From an uncultured Mesohalobacter sp. (GTDB lineage: Bacteria; Bacteroidota; Bacteroidia; Flavobacteriales; Flavobacteriaceae): a DNA stretch of 64,000 bases. A model generated the notes under the pieces. That model was not told the origin of the DNA, did not search any database, and saw nothing but the letters and a program-made list of their open reading frames with translations. The DNA is taken from the NCBI GenBank assembly GCA_964577705.1, contig CAZOAD010000007.1, positions 2,621 through 66,620 of the forward strand. The letters run 5' to 3'. The number at the start of each line of letters is the position of its first letter. Positions within the stretch are counted from its first letter, which is position 1. Positions 19,462 through 30,028 of the stretch are shown here, piece by piece. Both the position numbers and the translations under genes were made by a program.

Positions 19462-21033
19462 TTAGTTTTGAGTTGATATGGAGTCAATTTTAATTATGCT
19501 ATCTAAAGGTTTCCAGGTATTATCTTTGAAACCCAAATGGGTATTGTAATCTGAGGTTTTAAAATTTCTAATTCGGCTAAATTTCATAAGACTTTTATCT
19601 AAGTATACAATCTGACTCTCTGGAATATAAACTGTTACATCAACACTCACTTTCTGTTTTAAAAATTCTGGAGTTGTCAAAAAATAATTATCGAGTTTCA
19701 ACGTAGAATTTTCCAAAGTATATTTATAATCGACCAGAGAAGCCTCCTCCCTAGCCTTTGTTTCATTAATCCCAAAGCCTTTTTTAGTCACTCTTACTTT
19801 TAGCTGCTTATCATTGGATGTTCTGAACTTCACATAAACATTGGTGCTAAAGAGTCTTGAGTTATCCGCATCGTCTTTTACAATTTTTTGAGATTTCACC
19901 TGGTTGAAATCTTCTGAGTATAAAAGATTTGGGTTCATACCAATACTTAAGGTATCCTTTTCGTCTATGGCAAGTGTGTTTACTTCTACAAACTCTGCAT
20001 CCACACTTACTTCAAGTTCTTTTTTAACAGCTAAAGTAGTTATGATGATGATACATAAAATCCAAATCCCTATTAAGGTAATGTGGGTAATTTTACCAAT
20101 CGATTTTAAGTTTCTAAATAATAATTTTAAACTTAGAAGCATGAGGTAAAAGAAAGGTATAGCCGCAGACAAAAAGTATAAAATAACCTGAGACCAATAA
20201 GGAGCACCTAAAGAAAAGAAATCCATCTGATTGAAATCTCCAAGCTCAAAAATTGAAATGGTACCAAAACTGAAGAAAAAAATCAATAATCCTACCAATA
20301 TAAGGCTTGAAATAATTAAAAGGATAACCCCTAAAAACTTAGAAATAAATAAGCCTAATGCTTTTAGGACTTCTCCAAGGCCCTCAAAAAATTGGTTAAC
20401 ACCAGATTTGGTTCTTTTCCCATATTTGTCGTAATCAATATCTCCAACTTTATCAGCAAATTTTGAATAACTTTCTTTAACCTTTTTTTCAATATTGGTC
20501 AAATTGACGGGTTCACCTTGCATGTCTAACTTCTGAGCCGTAGTCTTTGCTGCCGGGATAACAATCCATAGAATCACATAAATAGCAACTGTAGCCCCAA
20601 AGGAGAAAAAAGCAGATATGACCCAAATCAACCTAATAAGTAATGTATTAAGACCTAGATAATAATTGAGCCCAGAAGAAACCCCACCTACATAATTTCT
20701 ATCTAAGTCACGGTAAAGCTTTCTCGAAGGTCTGAATTTTGAAGAGGATGTTGAAGTATCTTCGTCTTCATCAATTTTATATGCTTCTGGTTCACCCATA
20801 ATGGCAATCATATCATAAACTTGAGTAATAGATATTACTTGATTGACATGGGCCATAGACTCATTAAAAAGCTCAGCAATTCTCGCTTCAATATCTTGTA
20901 GAATTTCATCCCTACTTTCTTCTTTTGCTAAATAACTTTCAATAGTTTTTAAATACTTATCCAGTTTTATGAACGCATCTTCATCGATATGAAAAAATAC
21001 GCCTGCAAGATTAATGTTGATTGTCTTATTCAT
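19462..21033 (-). CDS. PspC-domain membrane protein
   Basis: MNKTININL N-terminus, DIEARIAELF, KLYRDLDRNYVGGVSSGL (PspC), several TM helices. Confidence 0.9.
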   Translation of the reverse strand: MNKTININLAGVFFHIDEDAFIKLDKYLKTIESYLAKEESRDEILQDIEARIAELFNESMAHVNQVISITQVYDMIAIMGEPEAYKIDEDEDTSTSSSKFRPSRKLYRDLDRNYVGGVSSGLNYYLGLNTLLIRLIWVISAFFSFGATVAIYVILWIVIPAAKTTAQKLDMQGEPVNLTNIEKKVKESYSKFADKVGDIDYDKYGKRTKSGVNQFFEGLGEVLKALGLFISKFLGVILLIISSLILVGLLIFFFSFGTISIFELGDFNQMDFFSLGAPYWSQVILYFLSAAIPFFYLMLLSLKLLFRNLKSIGKITHITLIGIWILCIIIITTLAVKKELEVSVDAEFVEVNTLAIDEKDTLSIGMNPNLLYSEDFNQVKSQKIVKDDADNSRLFSTNVYVKFRTSNDKQLKVRVTKKGFGINETKAREEASLVDYKYTLENSTLKLDNYFLTTPEFLKQKVSVDVTVYIPESQIVYLDKSLMKFSRIRNFKTSDYNTHLGFKDNTWKPLDSIIKIDSISTQN

Positions 21034-21370
21034 CGTTAGTTCTATTTTTTGATGTAATTTTTGTCACTGCATAACTCAATTCTGTCCAGGTTTCAGAAAG
21101 TTCGCTTAAAAACTCTTTCCCTTCATCTGTAAGTCCATAATATTTTCTTGGGGGCCCACCAGTTGACTCTTCCCATCGGTAGGTCAAAAGTTTGGCGTTT
21201 TTCAGGCGGGTTAATAATGGATAAATCGTCCCTTCCACTACAAGCAGTTTTGCAGATTTTAGGGTATCAAGGATTTCTGCAACATAGGCATCATCATGAC
21301 TAAGCACAGATAAAATGCAGTATTCCAAAACTCCCTTACGCATTTGGGCTTTAGTATTTTCAATTTTCAT
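21026..21370 (-). CDS. PadR-family transcriptional regulator
   Basis: AQMRKGVLEYCIL, EGTIYPLLTRL, GPPRKYY; overlaps the pspC start. Confidence 0.93.
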   Translation of the reverse strand: MKIENTKAQMRKGVLEYCILSVLSHDDAYVAEILDTLKSAKLLVVEGTIYPLLTRLKNAKLLTYRWEESTGGPPRKYYGLTDEGKEFLSELSETWTELSYAVTKITSKNRTNDE

Positions 21371-21395
21371 AATCTCCTGTTGAAATAATATATAA

Positions 21396-21436
21396 CAAAG
21401 ATATATCTTTTAAACACTACTTTGCAATGCATAGTA
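21396..21436 (-). promoter_or_regulatory. padR promoter (-7 TATCTTTG) with a palindromic operator over the -33 region
   Basis: The minus strand reads TATCTTTG at 21403-21396. TACTTTGCAATGCATAGTA (21418-21436) is a near-perfect palindrome. Confidence 0.6.
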
Positions 21437-21627
21437 ATATAATTTAACTTTTAATTAACAATTTAAAGAATGATATATATCTTTAAGAAGACGGAACACT
21501 GAGTAGTAACTGTAGGTTTAAGTGATTTCAAAAAAGCAGAATAATCCTAATATCAAATCAAATTAAGATTAAAAATGATTCTGAGATGAAATAATTGACT
21601 ACATTGGAGCATGTAAAAAAGCTTAAA

Positions 21628-22080
21628 ATGAAACTAACACCTTCTAAAATCAATTTGTTTTTATTTTCAAAATTACCCTCTGCCTGGCTTTGCGGAGTAA
21701 GATTAAAAACAATAAATGACAAAATTTGCATTACCACTGTTACTCACAAATGGATCAATCAAAATCCATTTCAAAGCATGTATTTTGCCGTACAAGCCAT
21801 GGCAGCAGAATTAAGCACTGGAGCCATTGTGATGAAAGAAATAAACGATAGTGGGGAAAAGATTTCGATGCTGGTTCAAGAAAATTCATCAGCTTTCCAC
21901 AAGAAAGCCAAAGGTAAAATAACTTTCACCTGTCAAGATGTAGATTTGGTTAAAGAACATATTAAAAGTTGCCTTTCAAATCCCGAAGGCCAGAAATTTT
22001 GGATGACTTCTATTGCAAAAAACGATAAAGGTGAACATGTATCGGAGTTTAAATTTCAATGGACTGTAAGAAAAAAATAA
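21628..22080 (+). CDS. DUF4442 / hotdog-fold thioesterase-like protein
   Basis: KLPSAWLCGVR, NQNPFQSMYFAVQAMAAELSTG. ATG at 21628 is preferred over the track's TTG at 21595. Confidence 0.8.
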   Translation: MKLTPSKINLFLFSKLPSAWLCGVRLKTINDKICITTVTHKWINQNPFQSMYFAVQAMAAELSTGAIVMKEINDSGEKISMLVQENSSAFHKKAKGKITFTCQDVDLVKEHIKSCLSNPEGQKFWMTSIAKNDKGEHVSEFKFQWTVRKK

Positions 22081-22200
22081 ATTAATAACAATTATTGATT
22101 TATTTAATGATCAATATCATAAATTATAAGCCTACAAATTATTATATTCACAAAAAGTTTTGAATGATAAAAATCTACTTAATTTTTAAAATTTTGAATC

Positions 22201-22395
22201 ATGCCTAGAGCAATGTTTGAGTACACTAAAGAAATTTTGAAAAAAGTAAGTTTTGATGCCAACTTATTTTGCAAAGAATTAAAAAAAGCTACAGAGTATC
22301 TACTCCCTTATGAACTTGATGAACTCAGAGACTTTATTTTAAGCCTGATGCAAAAAAATCCATCATTAAAGCAATGTATGGTCTATCTAGATTGA
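22201..22395 (+). CDS. Small conserved hypothetical protein (64 aa)
   Basis: MFEYTKEILKKVSFDANLFCKELKKA, a Bacteroidota-type small protein; AT-rich leader and a downstream hairpin. Confidence 0.7.
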   Translation: MPRAMFEYTKEILKKVSFDANLFCKELKKATEYLLPYELDELRDFILSLMQKNPSLKQCMVYLD

Positions 22396-22421
22396 TAGAA
22401 TAGAAAAATATAAATCATATT

Positions 22422-22458
22422 AAATCCATTATTTCAAATTTTGAAATAGTGGATTTTT
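22422..22458 (+). terminator. Hairpin / intrinsic terminator
   Basis: AAATCCATTATTTCAA / TTGAAATAGTGGATTT inverted repeat plus Ts. Confidence 0.6.
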
Positions 22459-22489
22459 CATTTATACTTACCTTTACTGAAAAAGTTTA

Positions 22490-23020
22490 ATGTCTAAAAT
22501 TACAGCCTTTACCGGATCAAATTCAGAAACCTCTATAAACGATCAACTTTTACAAACCGCTTTAAGTCTTTTAACTACCTCTGATGTTGATTATATAGAT
22601 TTAAAACTTCTGGAAGTTCCTATATATTCTGAACCTATTGAAAAATCTGACGGAATACCAAAATCCATTACTCAACTGAAATCTAAAATTGATGAAGCTG
22701 ATGCACTAATTGTTGCAGTTTGCGAACACAACGGCAGTATGTCTGCTTTTTTTAAGAATATAACTGACTGGTTATCGAGAAGTGATGCGAAGTATTTACT
22801 AAACAAGCCGGTTTTTTTACTCTCGACTTCTCCTGGTGCAGGAGGAGCAAAATTTAGCTTGGAATACACCAAAAATAATTTTCAAAAATTTGGAGGACAG
22901 GTAGTTCATCAGTTTAGCTTACCGCTTTTTAATGAAAACTTTTCTGATGGACAACTTGAAGACAAGTATAAAGAGCATCTCAAGTCACTGATTACAAATT
23001 TCGAAAATAGTTTAAAATAG
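22490..23020 (+). CDS. NADPH-dependent FMN reductase
   Basis: AFTGSNSETSIN, EHNGSMSAFFKNITDWLSR, LSTSPGAGG. Confidence 0.9.
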   Translation: MSKITAFTGSNSETSINDQLLQTALSLLTTSDVDYIDLKLLEVPIYSEPIEKSDGIPKSITQLKSKIDEADALIVAVCEHNGSMSAFFKNITDWLSRSDAKYLLNKPVFLLSTSPGAGGAKFSLEYTKNNFQKFGGQVVHQFSLPLFNENFSDGQLEDKYKEHLKSLITNFENSLK

Positions 23021-23022
23021 GC

Positions 23023-24330
23023 TTGAGAACTATAAAGACATTTCAAAAACCTGTTCTGCTAGATCAGTTTAAGCAAAAGTTGCTTCTCTGGGGTAATCGA
23101 TTTGAAGAAGTTATTTTTTTGGATTCCAACCAGAAGAAGCATTTGTATCAAGAATTTGAAGCAATGCTAGCTGTAGATGGCTTTACTGCCATAAAATCTG
23201 ATGAGCTTAATGCTTTTGAAAAGTTGGAAGAATATCAAACCACCACCAAAGACTGGCTTTTTGGATACTTGAGCTACGATTTGAAAAATGACACAGAATC
23301 CATCAGTTCTAGTAATGAAGACACCCTTCAATTACCTGAGCTATATTTTATACAGCCTAAGAAAATATGGCTTTTAAAGGAAGATGTTATCGAAGCCCAC
23401 TACTTGAAGATGGTAGATGACGAAATCGACGAAGATTATAATACAATTTCTGAAATTCAAATCAATAAAGCTCCTTATCAATGGTTAAGCTTTACTCCAA
23501 GATGGCAGAAGGAGGAGTATGTCGCTAAGGCAAAACAAGTCCTGGCTCATATTCAACGCGGGGACATCTATGAAGTTAATTTTTGCCAGGAATTTTATTC
23601 TAAAAACATCGAAATAGATCCTTTAGCGACTTTCAATAATTTAAATTCTATATCGAAAGCACCGTTTTCTTGTTTTTTGAAATTGGAACATTACCACGCC
23701 CTTTGCGCAAGTCCAGAACGTTTCCTAAGAAAACAAGGCCAGAAACTAATCTCCCAGCCCATTAAAGGAACGGCAAGGCGTGACCAGGAAAAAACTAAAG
23801 ATGATCAGCTAAAGTTGAACTTAAAAAACGATCCTAAAGAAATTTCAGAGAATATCATGATTGTGGATTTGGTTCGAAACGATTTATCAAGAACTGCAGA
23901 AAAAAAATCCGTGAAGGTGGAAGAGCTTTGCGAGATCTATTCTTACGAGCAAGTCCATCAAATGGTCTCTACGATTACATCAGAAGTAAAACCAGAATAT
24001 ACCGTTGCTGGAATTTTAAGAACTTTGTTCCCAATGGGAAGTATGACCGGAGCTCCCAAACGCTCTGCTATGGAAATCGCAGAAAACTATGAAACCACAA
24101 AGCGAGGTCTTTACAGCGGAGCTATTGGCTACATAACCCCAGATAACAACTTCGATTTTAATGTAGTCATTAGGTCATTACTTTATAATTCAGAAAAAAA
24201 ATACTTGTCATACATGGTGGGTAGCGCTTTGACATCACTAGCAAATCCAGAACTTGAGTATGAAGAATGCCTTATAAAAGGAAAAGCACTACAATATGTT
24301 GTTAATGCTACAACAGTTACAGAGAAATAA
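23023..24330 (+). CDS. pabB: Aminodeoxychorismate synthase component I (chorismate-binding)
   Basis: GDIYEVN, ASPERFL, PIKGT, ENIMIVDLVRNDL, FPMGSMTGAPK, RGLYSGAIG; TTG start. Confidence 0.85.
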   Translation: MRTIKTFQKPVLLDQFKQKLLLWGNRFEEVIFLDSNQKKHLYQEFEAMLAVDGFTAIKSDELNAFEKLEEYQTTTKDWLFGYLSYDLKNDTESISSSNEDTLQLPELYFIQPKKIWLLKEDVIEAHYLKMVDDEIDEDYNTISEIQINKAPYQWLSFTPRWQKEEYVAKAKQVLAHIQRGDIYEVNFCQEFYSKNIEIDPLATFNNLNSISKAPFSCFLKLEHYHALCASPERFLRKQGQKLISQPIKGTARRDQEKTKDDQLKLNLKNDPKEISENIMIVDLVRNDLSRTAEKKSVKVEELCEIYSYEQVHQMVSTITSEVKPEYTVAGILRTLFPMGSMTGAPKRSAMEIAENYETTKRGLYSGAIGYITPDNNFDFNVVIRSLLYNSEKKYLSYMVGSALTSLANPELEYEECLIKGKALQYVVNATTVTEK

Positions 24331-24363
24331 GGCAATAAAGCTTAATTTTGTGCTTTTGAAAAC

Positions 24364-25680
24364 ATGCAAAACCGTTTCCATAACCACATAAAATCTGAAT
24401 TTCCAGAATTACTGGTTAAGCCATTTATCATAGCCATAAGTGGCGGAGTAGATTCTGTGGTCTTGGCTCATTTATGTTCAAATTTAAAATTAGATTTCGC
24501 ATTAGCGCATTGTAACTTCAAATTAAGGGCAACTGAAAGTGAAAAAGATGCTGAATTTGTAAAAACTCTTTCTAAAAAATTGAATTGTAAGCTTTACAAT
24601 AAAGATTTTGAAACTAAACTTATTGCTGAAGAACAAAAAGAATCCATTCAGATTACAGCAAGACATTTGCGTTACCAATGGTTTCAACATTTAATTCAAA
24701 CTACACCTCACTCCTACCTACTCACTGCCCACCATCTTAACGACAGTTTGGAAACCTTCATTATCAATTTGAGCAGATCTACGGGAATTAAAGGTCTGAT
24801 TGGAATTCCAGGACATAATGACTACATCCGAAGGCCACTTTTAAAATTTAGTAAAGAAGAAATCAAAGATTTTGCTATTGAAAAGGATATAGAATGGAGA
24901 GAAGACCAAAGCAATGCAACCACTAAATATTTAAGGAATAAAATAAGACATCATATCATACCTGAATTGATGAAGTTGACTCCATATTTTCTAAACAACT
25001 TTGAATCCAGCCTCCAAAAATTAAGAGATTCTGACCTTCTCATAGAAGATTATACCAGTTTACTTTTCAAAACAATAGTGAGTAAAAAAGAAAACAGTTA
25101 CGAATTAGACATTGATAAGCTGAAGGGTTTTCCACACCAAAAAGCCATTTTATATCAATTACTAGAGAGCTTTGGGTTTACAGAGTGGAACGATGTGTAT
25201 CATTTATTGGATGCCCAGACAGGAAAGCGAGTCGAATCAAACACTCATCAATTGGTGAAAGACCGAGATAAATTAATTTTGTCTACACTTTCTACTAAAG
25301 TCTTTGAAACGATTAAAATCTACGAGGACCAGGTTGAGGTTGATGTAGACACTTTCAAATTGAAATTATTCAAAGTCAGTCAACTTGGCAATTTCAATCC
25401 AGGTGTGGCTTACTTTGATAAAGCGAAACTAAAGTTTCCCTTAAGTTTAAGAACAGTAAATAATGGAGATTCCTTTTACCCGTTTGGAATGAAAGGCAAA
25501 AAGAAACTGAGTGATTTTCTGAAAGATGAAAAAATTAGTCCACATCTAAAATCAAAACAGCTTTTGCTTTGCAATGGAAATAATGACATCATCTGGGTCT
25601 TAAATCAGAGGACAGACGAGCGTTATAAAGTAGAATCTTTAACTGAGGATATTCTCAAAATTGAAATTTTAAATGATTAG
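24364..25680 (+). CDS. tilS: tRNA(Ile)-lysidine synthetase
   Basis: AISGGVDSVVL PP-loop, TAHHLND, WREDQSN, RNKIRH, KKKLSDFLKD. Confidence 0.95.
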   Translation: MQNRFHNHIKSEFPELLVKPFIIAISGGVDSVVLAHLCSNLKLDFALAHCNFKLRATESEKDAEFVKTLSKKLNCKLYNKDFETKLIAEEQKESIQITARHLRYQWFQHLIQTTPHSYLLTAHHLNDSLETFIINLSRSTGIKGLIGIPGHNDYIRRPLLKFSKEEIKDFAIEKDIEWREDQSNATTKYLRNKIRHHIIPELMKLTPYFLNNFESSLQKLRDSDLLIEDYTSLLFKTIVSKKENSYELDIDKLKGFPHQKAILYQLLESFGFTEWNDVYHLLDAQTGKRVESNTHQLVKDRDKLILSTLSTKVFETIKIYEDQVEVDVDTFKLKLFKVSQLGNFNPGVAYFDKAKLKFPLSLRTVNNGDSFYPFGMKGKKKLSDFLKDEKISPHLKSKQLLLCNGNNDIIWVLNQRTDERYKVESLTEDILKIEILND

Positions 25681-27700
25681 ATCATATTTAGCATTCGTTT
25701 TTTCACTGCTTGTTTCGTTACAATCTTGGGCTCAATTTGGTTTTGAACAATCGGATAGCTCTTTAAACCCTTCGAGCTGGGAAGCTTCGGTCCAAAAGCA
25801 ATCTGGTGGTACATTTTTAGTTGTTATTTCCGCTAAAATTGACCAAGGCTGGCATTTACCCTCTCAAACTGAATTGAAAGAAGATGAAAACGGACCAATA
25901 CCTACTGAATTTAACTTTGAATATGATCCTGATGTTCTAGAGGAAATTGGTTCAACTCAAGAACCTAAAGGAATTACCAAGTTCGATGACATTTTTAAAA
26001 CAGATTTGACTTATTTTGAGAACGAAGCTACTTTTAAGCAAGAGTTTAAAGTAAATGCAGATCAAGGTTCACTTGACCTTGAAATTCTTTTCATGATTTG
26101 TAATGATGAAATGTGTCTTCCTCAAGATCAAAAACGCTTTAACTTTAGTATTGAAAATTCAGAATTAAAACTTACAGAAACCAAAGCTATCGAAATTAAA
26201 AGCAAGGATAAAGTGAGCACTGAAGCTTTAAAACTTGAACTAAAAGGAGAAAACGAATTCAAAATGAATTCAGAGGAAGAACAAGATAGTAATTTTACCA
26301 TTTTTCTTTTAGGTTTTGTTGGTGGACTCATCGCTTTACTAACGCCTTGTGTATTTCCAATGATTCCATTGACGGTTTCTTTTTTCACAAAAGGTGCTAA
26401 AACCAGAAAGCTAGGTCTTATCAACGCCATAATGTATGGAGCATTCATCTTTTTAATCTACCTATTACTCAGTTTACCCTTTCATCTCATTGATTCTGTA
26501 AACCCTGAAATTCTAAACAGTATTTCTACAAATCCCATTTTGAATATTGTGTTCTTCGTGATTTTTATTGTATTTGCCTTTTCATTTTTTGGGTACTATG
26601 AAATCACTCTCCCAAATTCATGGAGCAGTAAGCTGGACCAGAAAGCAACAAGCGTTGGAGGAATCATAGGGATATTCTTTATGGCACTTACCCTTGCCTT
26701 AGTCTCCTTTTCTTGTACCGGACCTATTTTAGGCTCCTTGCTAGGAGGATCGCTTACCGCAGACGGCGGAGCTACTATGCTGACTTTTGGAATGGGAGGT
26801 TTTGGGCTGGCTCTTGCCTTGCCTTTTGCCTTGTTTGCCTTATTCCCTAATTGGCTGAACTCCTTACCAAAAAGTGGTGGCTGGCTCAATACCGTGAAAA
26901 TTATTTTAGGATTTCTAGAATTAGGACTTGCCTTTAAATTCTTATCCAATGCAGATTTGGTTGAACATTGGGGAATTTTAAAAAGAGAAGTGTTTATTGG
27001 TATATGGATAAGTATAGGCATCGCAATGGTCCTCTATCTCTTCGGTAAAATACGGTTTCCCCACGACGGTTCTGTTCAAAAATTAGGTAAAGGAAGAATC
27101 ATTTTTGGGGTCTTCACTTTGGCCTTCGTGATCTATTTGGTTCCCGGACTTACGAATACATCAAGTGCCAATTTAAAACTATTAAGCGGCTTCCCCCCTC
27201 CACTATTTTATAGTGTTTACGAGAAAGAAACCGAAGGTCCTCTTGGATTAAAAGCTTATAAAGACTTTGAAGAAGGAGTACAAGCAGCAAAGCAAGAAAA
27301 TAAACCTATTCTATTAGATTTCACGGGCTGGGCCTGTGTGAACTGCAGAAAAATGGAGGAGCAGGTTTGGAGTGTTCCCGAAGTTTATGATATTATAAAA
27401 AACGATTACATTCTTATTTCTTTGTATGTTGATGATAAAGCAAAATTGAGTGAAGAAATGCAATTCAACTTTGAAAGAAGTAACGGTTCGGTCAAAAAAA
27501 TCAGAACTGTTGGAGATAAGTGGGCTACTTTCCAGACCCTGAATTTCAGAAACAATTCTCAACCTTATTATGTTTTATTATCTGGCGATTTGGATATTTT
27601 GAATGAAACTATTGCTTACGAACCTTCTTCCAAAGCCTATTTAAATTGGTTGAAGACTGGTTTGGAAAACTTCCTAAACAAAAAAGATAGAACTGAATAG
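25673..27700 (+). CDS. dsbD: Thiol:disulfide interchange protein DsbD
   Basis: N-domain CNDEMC, TM-domain LTPCVFP and FSCTGP, thioredoxin-like WACVNC. Confidence 0.9.
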   Translation: MIRSYLAFVFSLLVSLQSWAQFGFEQSDSSLNPSSWEASVQKQSGGTFLVVISAKIDQGWHLPSQTELKEDENGPIPTEFNFEYDPDVLEEIGSTQEPKGITKFDDIFKTDLTYFENEATFKQEFKVNADQGSLDLEILFMICNDEMCLPQDQKRFNFSIENSELKLTETKAIEIKSKDKVSTEALKLELKGENEFKMNSEEEQDSNFTIFLLGFVGGLIALLTPCVFPMIPLTVSFFTKGAKTRKLGLINAIMYGAFIFLIYLLLSLPFHLIDSVNPEILNSISTNPILNIVFFVIFIVFAFSFFGYYEITLPNSWSSKLDQKATSVGGIIGIFFMALTLALVSFSCTGPILGSLLGGSLTADGGATMLTFGMGGFGLALALPFALFALFPNWLNSLPKSGGWLNTVKIILGFLELGLAFKFLSNADLVEHWGILKREVFIGIWISIGIAMVLYLFGKIRFPHDGSVQKLGKGRIIFGVFTLAFVIYLVPGLTNTSSANLKLLSGFPPPLFYSVYEKETEGPLGLKAYKDFEEGVQAAKQENKPILLDFTGWACVNCRKMEEQVWSVPEVYDIIKNDYILISLYVDDKAKLSEEMQFNFERSNGSVKKIRTVGDKWATFQTLNFRNNSQPYYVLLSGDLDILNETIAYEPSSKAYLNWLKTGLENFLNKKDRTE

Positions 27701-27712
27701 TTCTATCTTTTT
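27680..27712. terminator. Bidirectional terminator between convergent dsbD and lysA
   Basis: AAAAAGATAGAACT-GAAT-AGTTCTATCTTTTT. Confidence 0.7.
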
Positions 27713-27740
27713 CTGGTGTTAATAAAATATTGAATTGATG

Positions 27741-28946
27741 TTATAAAGCTACTTCAAGCTGATTTCTGACTATATCATCAAAGGTTTCGCGTTGTCTTAT
27801 CAAATGAGCTTTACCTTTATGCCAAAGTACTTCCGGCGGTCTAAATCTTGAGTTATAATTGCTCGCCATAGAGTAACAATAGGCTCCAGCGTTTTTGAAA
27901 GCTAAAATATCTCCTTCGCTTATCTCAGAAATCATTTTATTGTTAGCAAACGTATCCGTCTCACAGATATAACCAACTACAGAGTAGAATCTTTTGTTGC
28001 GTTTAGGGTGAGAAATATTGATGATATCGTGTTTTGAACCATAAAACATTGGACGAACCAAATGGTTAAATCCAGAATCAATTTGAGCAAAAACAGTGGA
28101 AGTAGTTTGCTTTACAACATTAACTTTGGCTAAGAAAAATCCAGCTTCACTCACCAGGAATTTTCCAGGTTCAAATGCTAAAGTCAGCTCTTTACCATAA
28201 GACTTACAGAATTCATTAAAACGTTTAGTCAGTTTAGTCCCCAGCTCTTCCACATTGGTTTCGATATCTCCTTCAGAATAAGGAACCTTAAAGCCACTAC
28301 CAAAATCAAGAAATTCGAGATTTTGAAATTTAGCTGCTACATCAAAAAGTATTTCTGCTGCATGAAGGAATACGCCAATATCCAAAATATCGCTGCCTGT
28401 ATGCATATGTATGCCATTAATGGTCATTCCTGTATTTTCTACAATTCGCAAAACATGAGGCATCTGATGGATAGAGATTCCAAACTTAGAATCGATATGA
28501 CCTACAGAAATATTGGTATTTCCACCAGCCATTACGTGAGGATTAATTCTAATACAAACCGGAACTTGTGGATGCTTAGCACCAAATTGTTCAAGAATAA
28601 GCAAATTATCAATGTTAATTTGAACACCAAGTTCTACAGCTTCTTCCAATTCTTGCATGGAAACGCCATTGGGAGTGAAAATAATTTTGCCAGGATCGAA
28701 TCCAGCAGCTATTCCCAATCTCACTTCTTGTATCGAAACAGTATCCAACGCACTACCCAATTGATTGAACAGTCTAAGTATAGATAGATTTGACAATGCT
28801 TTTACCGCATAATGAAGACGCAGGTGTTTGACCTTTTTGAAAGCCTCCGTCAAGCGTTTGTATTGGCTGGTAATCTTTTGTGAATCATAAACATAAACGG
28901 GGCTACCGAATTCTTCAGCAACTTTTAAAAGGTCTGCGTGTGTCAT
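27741..28946 (-). CDS. lysA: Diaminopimelate decarboxylase
   Basis: HYAVKALSN (PLP Lys), SKFG, HMHTGS, EPGKFLV, GYICETD, GAYCYSMASNYN. Confidence 0.95.
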   Translation of the reverse strand: MTHADLLKVAEEFGSPVYVYDSQKITSQYKRLTEAFKKVKHLRLHYAVKALSNLSILRLFNQLGSALDTVSIQEVRLGIAAGFDPGKIIFTPNGVSMQELEEAVELGVQINIDNLLILEQFGAKHPQVPVCIRINPHVMAGGNTNISVGHIDSKFGISIHQMPHVLRIVENTGMTINGIHMHTGSDILDIGVFLHAAEILFDVAAKFQNLEFLDFGSGFKVPYSEGDIETNVEELGTKLTKRFNEFCKSYGKELTLAFEPGKFLVSEAGFFLAKVNVVKQTTSTVFAQIDSGFNHLVRPMFYGSKHDIINISHPKRNKRFYSVVGYICETDTFANNKMISEISEGDILAFKNAGAYCYSMASNYNSRFRPPEVLWHKGKAHLIRQRETFDDIVRNQLEVAL

Positions 28947-29207
28947 TAGTTTTTAAATTTAAAATAAGAGTGTTATGCCGATTAGAATTAAAATCAGCTA
29001 AAATAGTAAACATTAATGAATAAGGAATTACGCTATTAACTTAGGTTTTAGAGCGCATTTTTTTAAAATCTTTGAGCGTTTTCGCTTAAGGAGATTGAAA
29101 TACAAACCTTTTTTGAGGTGAGTTTTGTAGGATTTAAAAAGAAACCCGCAAAAATTAGCGGGAGATAATTGTTTAACTATAAATTGAAAAATAATCATAT
29201 CTAAATT

Positions 29208-29930
29208 TTAAGCATTATAATATTTACTTCTCCAAATGGCTGTATTGAAATTTTTACCTTTAGCAAATCCATAATAAAGGGCGATTCCACCAATCCATTT
29301 AAACATAAATATAAATAATAAAATGAATTCTGTAGTCAGGTTATCTTCACTCATAAAAAATCCGTTTGGGACTAGCATGGTGCATACCAAAGCAGATAAT
29401 AAGACAAAGCACATGAAATTTTCAAAAGTTTTGAAAGGCCACATCATAAGTCTACGGAAAGGACTTAAATCATTCCCCCATTTATGGATTAAATAATAAT
29501 AATCGTTGCCTATTGGAGCAAATAAAAGAGGATCGTCAGCATTTTCAAGTTTAAATAATTTAGAAGGAGCCATAATTTTAAAACCTTTTAAGTTGGTTTC
29601 GTGCTCTTCTTCTAGAGTTTTAATTTTTGAAATTGCTTCGTAAGGAAGCTTTCCCTTAAAGTATTTTGAATCTAAAAACCTAAGTCTGTAGTTAACACAA
29701 ATTTTTTCAATTTGATCAATATGATATATTTCACTGGATTGAAGTTTGTCGACGTCGAAATGATTGAAATCTGCAGCATCACCTGAATTCATTTCATCTA
29801 AAATTTGATCATTTCTATCATCAACTTGTTTAAGAACCTCATGAACCTGTTTCAAAATATCTTCATTGGAAGTAGTTTTGAATTTTGCTTTGTTCAACTG
29901 AGTTTTAAGGTTTGTTCTTGGAAACATCAT
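29208..29930 (-). CDS. Conserved hypothetical membrane protein
   Basis: 240-aa ORF; YRLRFLDS, APSKLFKLENADDPLLF, HKWGND; two C-terminal TM helices. Confidence 0.7.
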   Translation of the reverse strand: MMFPRTNLKTQLNKAKFKTTSNEDILKQVHEVLKQVDDRNDQILDEMNSGDAADFNHFDVDKLQSSEIYHIDQIEKICVNYRLRFLDSKYFKGKLPYEAISKIKTLEEEHETNLKGFKIMAPSKLFKLENADDPLLFAPIGNDYYYLIHKWGNDLSPFRRLMMWPFKTFENFMCFVLLSALVCTMLVPNGFFMSEDNLTTEFILLFIFMFKWIGGIALYYGFAKGKNFNTAIWRSKYYNA

Positions 29931-30028
29931 ATATCTTTTTCAACATTCAGCATAAAAGTAATAAGTAAGTTAAGTTGAAACAATAAGAGTTTGAAAATTT
30001 AACACCTATTAAGTATAAATTGAAGCAG

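Noticed and set aside
28947..29207. Lysine riboswitch upstream of lysA
   Set aside because: Only a terminator-like CCCGC/GCGGG hairpin for the upstream gene and short AT-rich stems; no L-box consensus recognised.
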